From: Tubiluchus corallicola
Taxonomy: Eukaryota > Animalia > Priapulida
NCBI GenBank assembly: GCA_030141605.1
Contig: JAQGDQ010000365.1
Span: forward strand, 168,643 to 232,642
Direction: 5' to 3'
Length of the DNA: 64,000 bases
Shown here: positions 63,166 to 64,000 of the stretch, in pieces
Position numbering within the stretch: position 1 is the first letter of the stretch
Layout of the letters: each line of letters starts with the position of its first letter
The notes under the pieces: model-generated
What the model saw: only the letters and a program-made list of their open reading frames with translations
The model's database searches: none
Told to the model about the DNA's origin: nothing
Program-made: the position numbers and the translations under genes

Positions 63166-64000
63166 ATGATGCAGTTAATAAATAATAAATACTCTATTCA
63201 AGGTATTGATTTGGGTGGACTAGCCAAAGAGTTTGGAACACCGCTTTATGTATATGATGCTCAAAAAATAAAAATGCAAGTAGATGCTTTAAAGAATACC
63301 TTCTCTAAACAAAAACTAAAAATAAAGTATGCCTGCAAAGCACTAACTAATATTTCTATTTTAAAGTTAATGAAAAAATATGGTGTAGGGTTAGATGCTG
63401 TTTCTATTCAGGAAGTGCAACTGGGATTGAAAGCAGGTTTTGAACCGAAAGAAATTTTATATACTCCTAATGGTGTCTCTTTTAGTGAAATAAAAGAAGC
63501 TGTTGATTTAGGAGTAGTTATGAATATAGATAATATATCTATTCTTGAGCTTTTTGGGCATGAATATCACGATAAAATTCCCATTTGCATACGGATAAAT
63601 ACCCATATTATGGCAGGTGGAAATCATAAAATTTCTACTGGACACATAGACTCAAAGTTTGGCATATCTATTTTCCAGCTTCGCCATGTGTTGCGGATTG
63701 TAAAGAGTTATAATCTCAGAGTAGTAGGGGTGCATATACATACGGGTTCTGATATTCTAGACATGAGTGCTTTTAATAGTGCTACAGAGGTGTTATTTGA
63801 TGTTGCTGAAAAATTTCCTAATTTAGAATTTATAGACTTTGGAAGTGGATTTAAGGTAGCGTACCATGAACAAGATGTAACGACAGATATTAATAAATTG
63901 GGCAAGACACTCTCAAAATCATTTAATGATTTTTGTGAAAAATACGGAAAACCTTTAGAAATGTGGTTTGAACCTGGAAAATTTCTTGTGAGTGAAGCAG
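63166..64000 (+). CDS. lysA: Diaminopimelate decarboxylase (truncated by window edge)
   Basis: FGTPLYVYD, YACKALTN, DAVS, SKFGI, HIHTGS, DFGSGF and FEPGKFLV. Confidence 0.93.
   Translation, partial: MMQLINNKYSIQGIDLGGLAKEFGTPLYVYDAQKIKMQVDALKNTFSKQKLKIKYACKALTNISILKLMKKYGVGLDAVSIQEVQLGLKAGFEPKEILYTPNGVSFSEIKEAVDLGVVMNIDNISILELFGHEYHDKIPICIRINTHIMAGGNHKISTGHIDSKFGISIFQLRHVLRIVKSYNLRVVGVHIHTGSDILDMSAFNSATEVLFDVAEKFPNLEFIDFGSGFKVAYHEQDVTTDINKLGKTLSKSFNDFCEKYGKPLEMWFEPGKFLVSEA

Overview
This is a low-GC, gene-dense chromosomal window from a Bacteroidota genome. TAnnTTTG -7 promoters, a SusC/SusD pair, GSCFA, DUF1573 and Bat-like genes support that, and a Cytophagales-like backbone is inferred. 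The content is mostly housekeeping and metabolic: mnmG (partial), nifJ, dcp, metF, galE, serA, pyk, gyrB, rocD, folK, uvrC, tyrA, degP, lspA, ileS, mazG and lysA (partial). I saw no rRNA, tRNA, CRISPR, IS or phage genes. Main signals: (1) a probable replication origin at 2407-2924, with clustered DnaA-box-like 9-mers, an AT-rich tract and a C-rich to G-rich skew flip; (2) a GltD-like Fe-S flavoprotein plus PFOR operon; (3) a DASS transporter, soluble cNMP-domain kinase and lone receiver module; (4) two tandem, diverged lipoprotein paralogs that share a perfectly identical 45-bp block; (5) an unannotated DUF721/DciA gene. At least eight genes carry small indels, mostly in homopolymers, which most likely reflects long-read assembly error. 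All family assignments come from motif recognition only; no database search was run.
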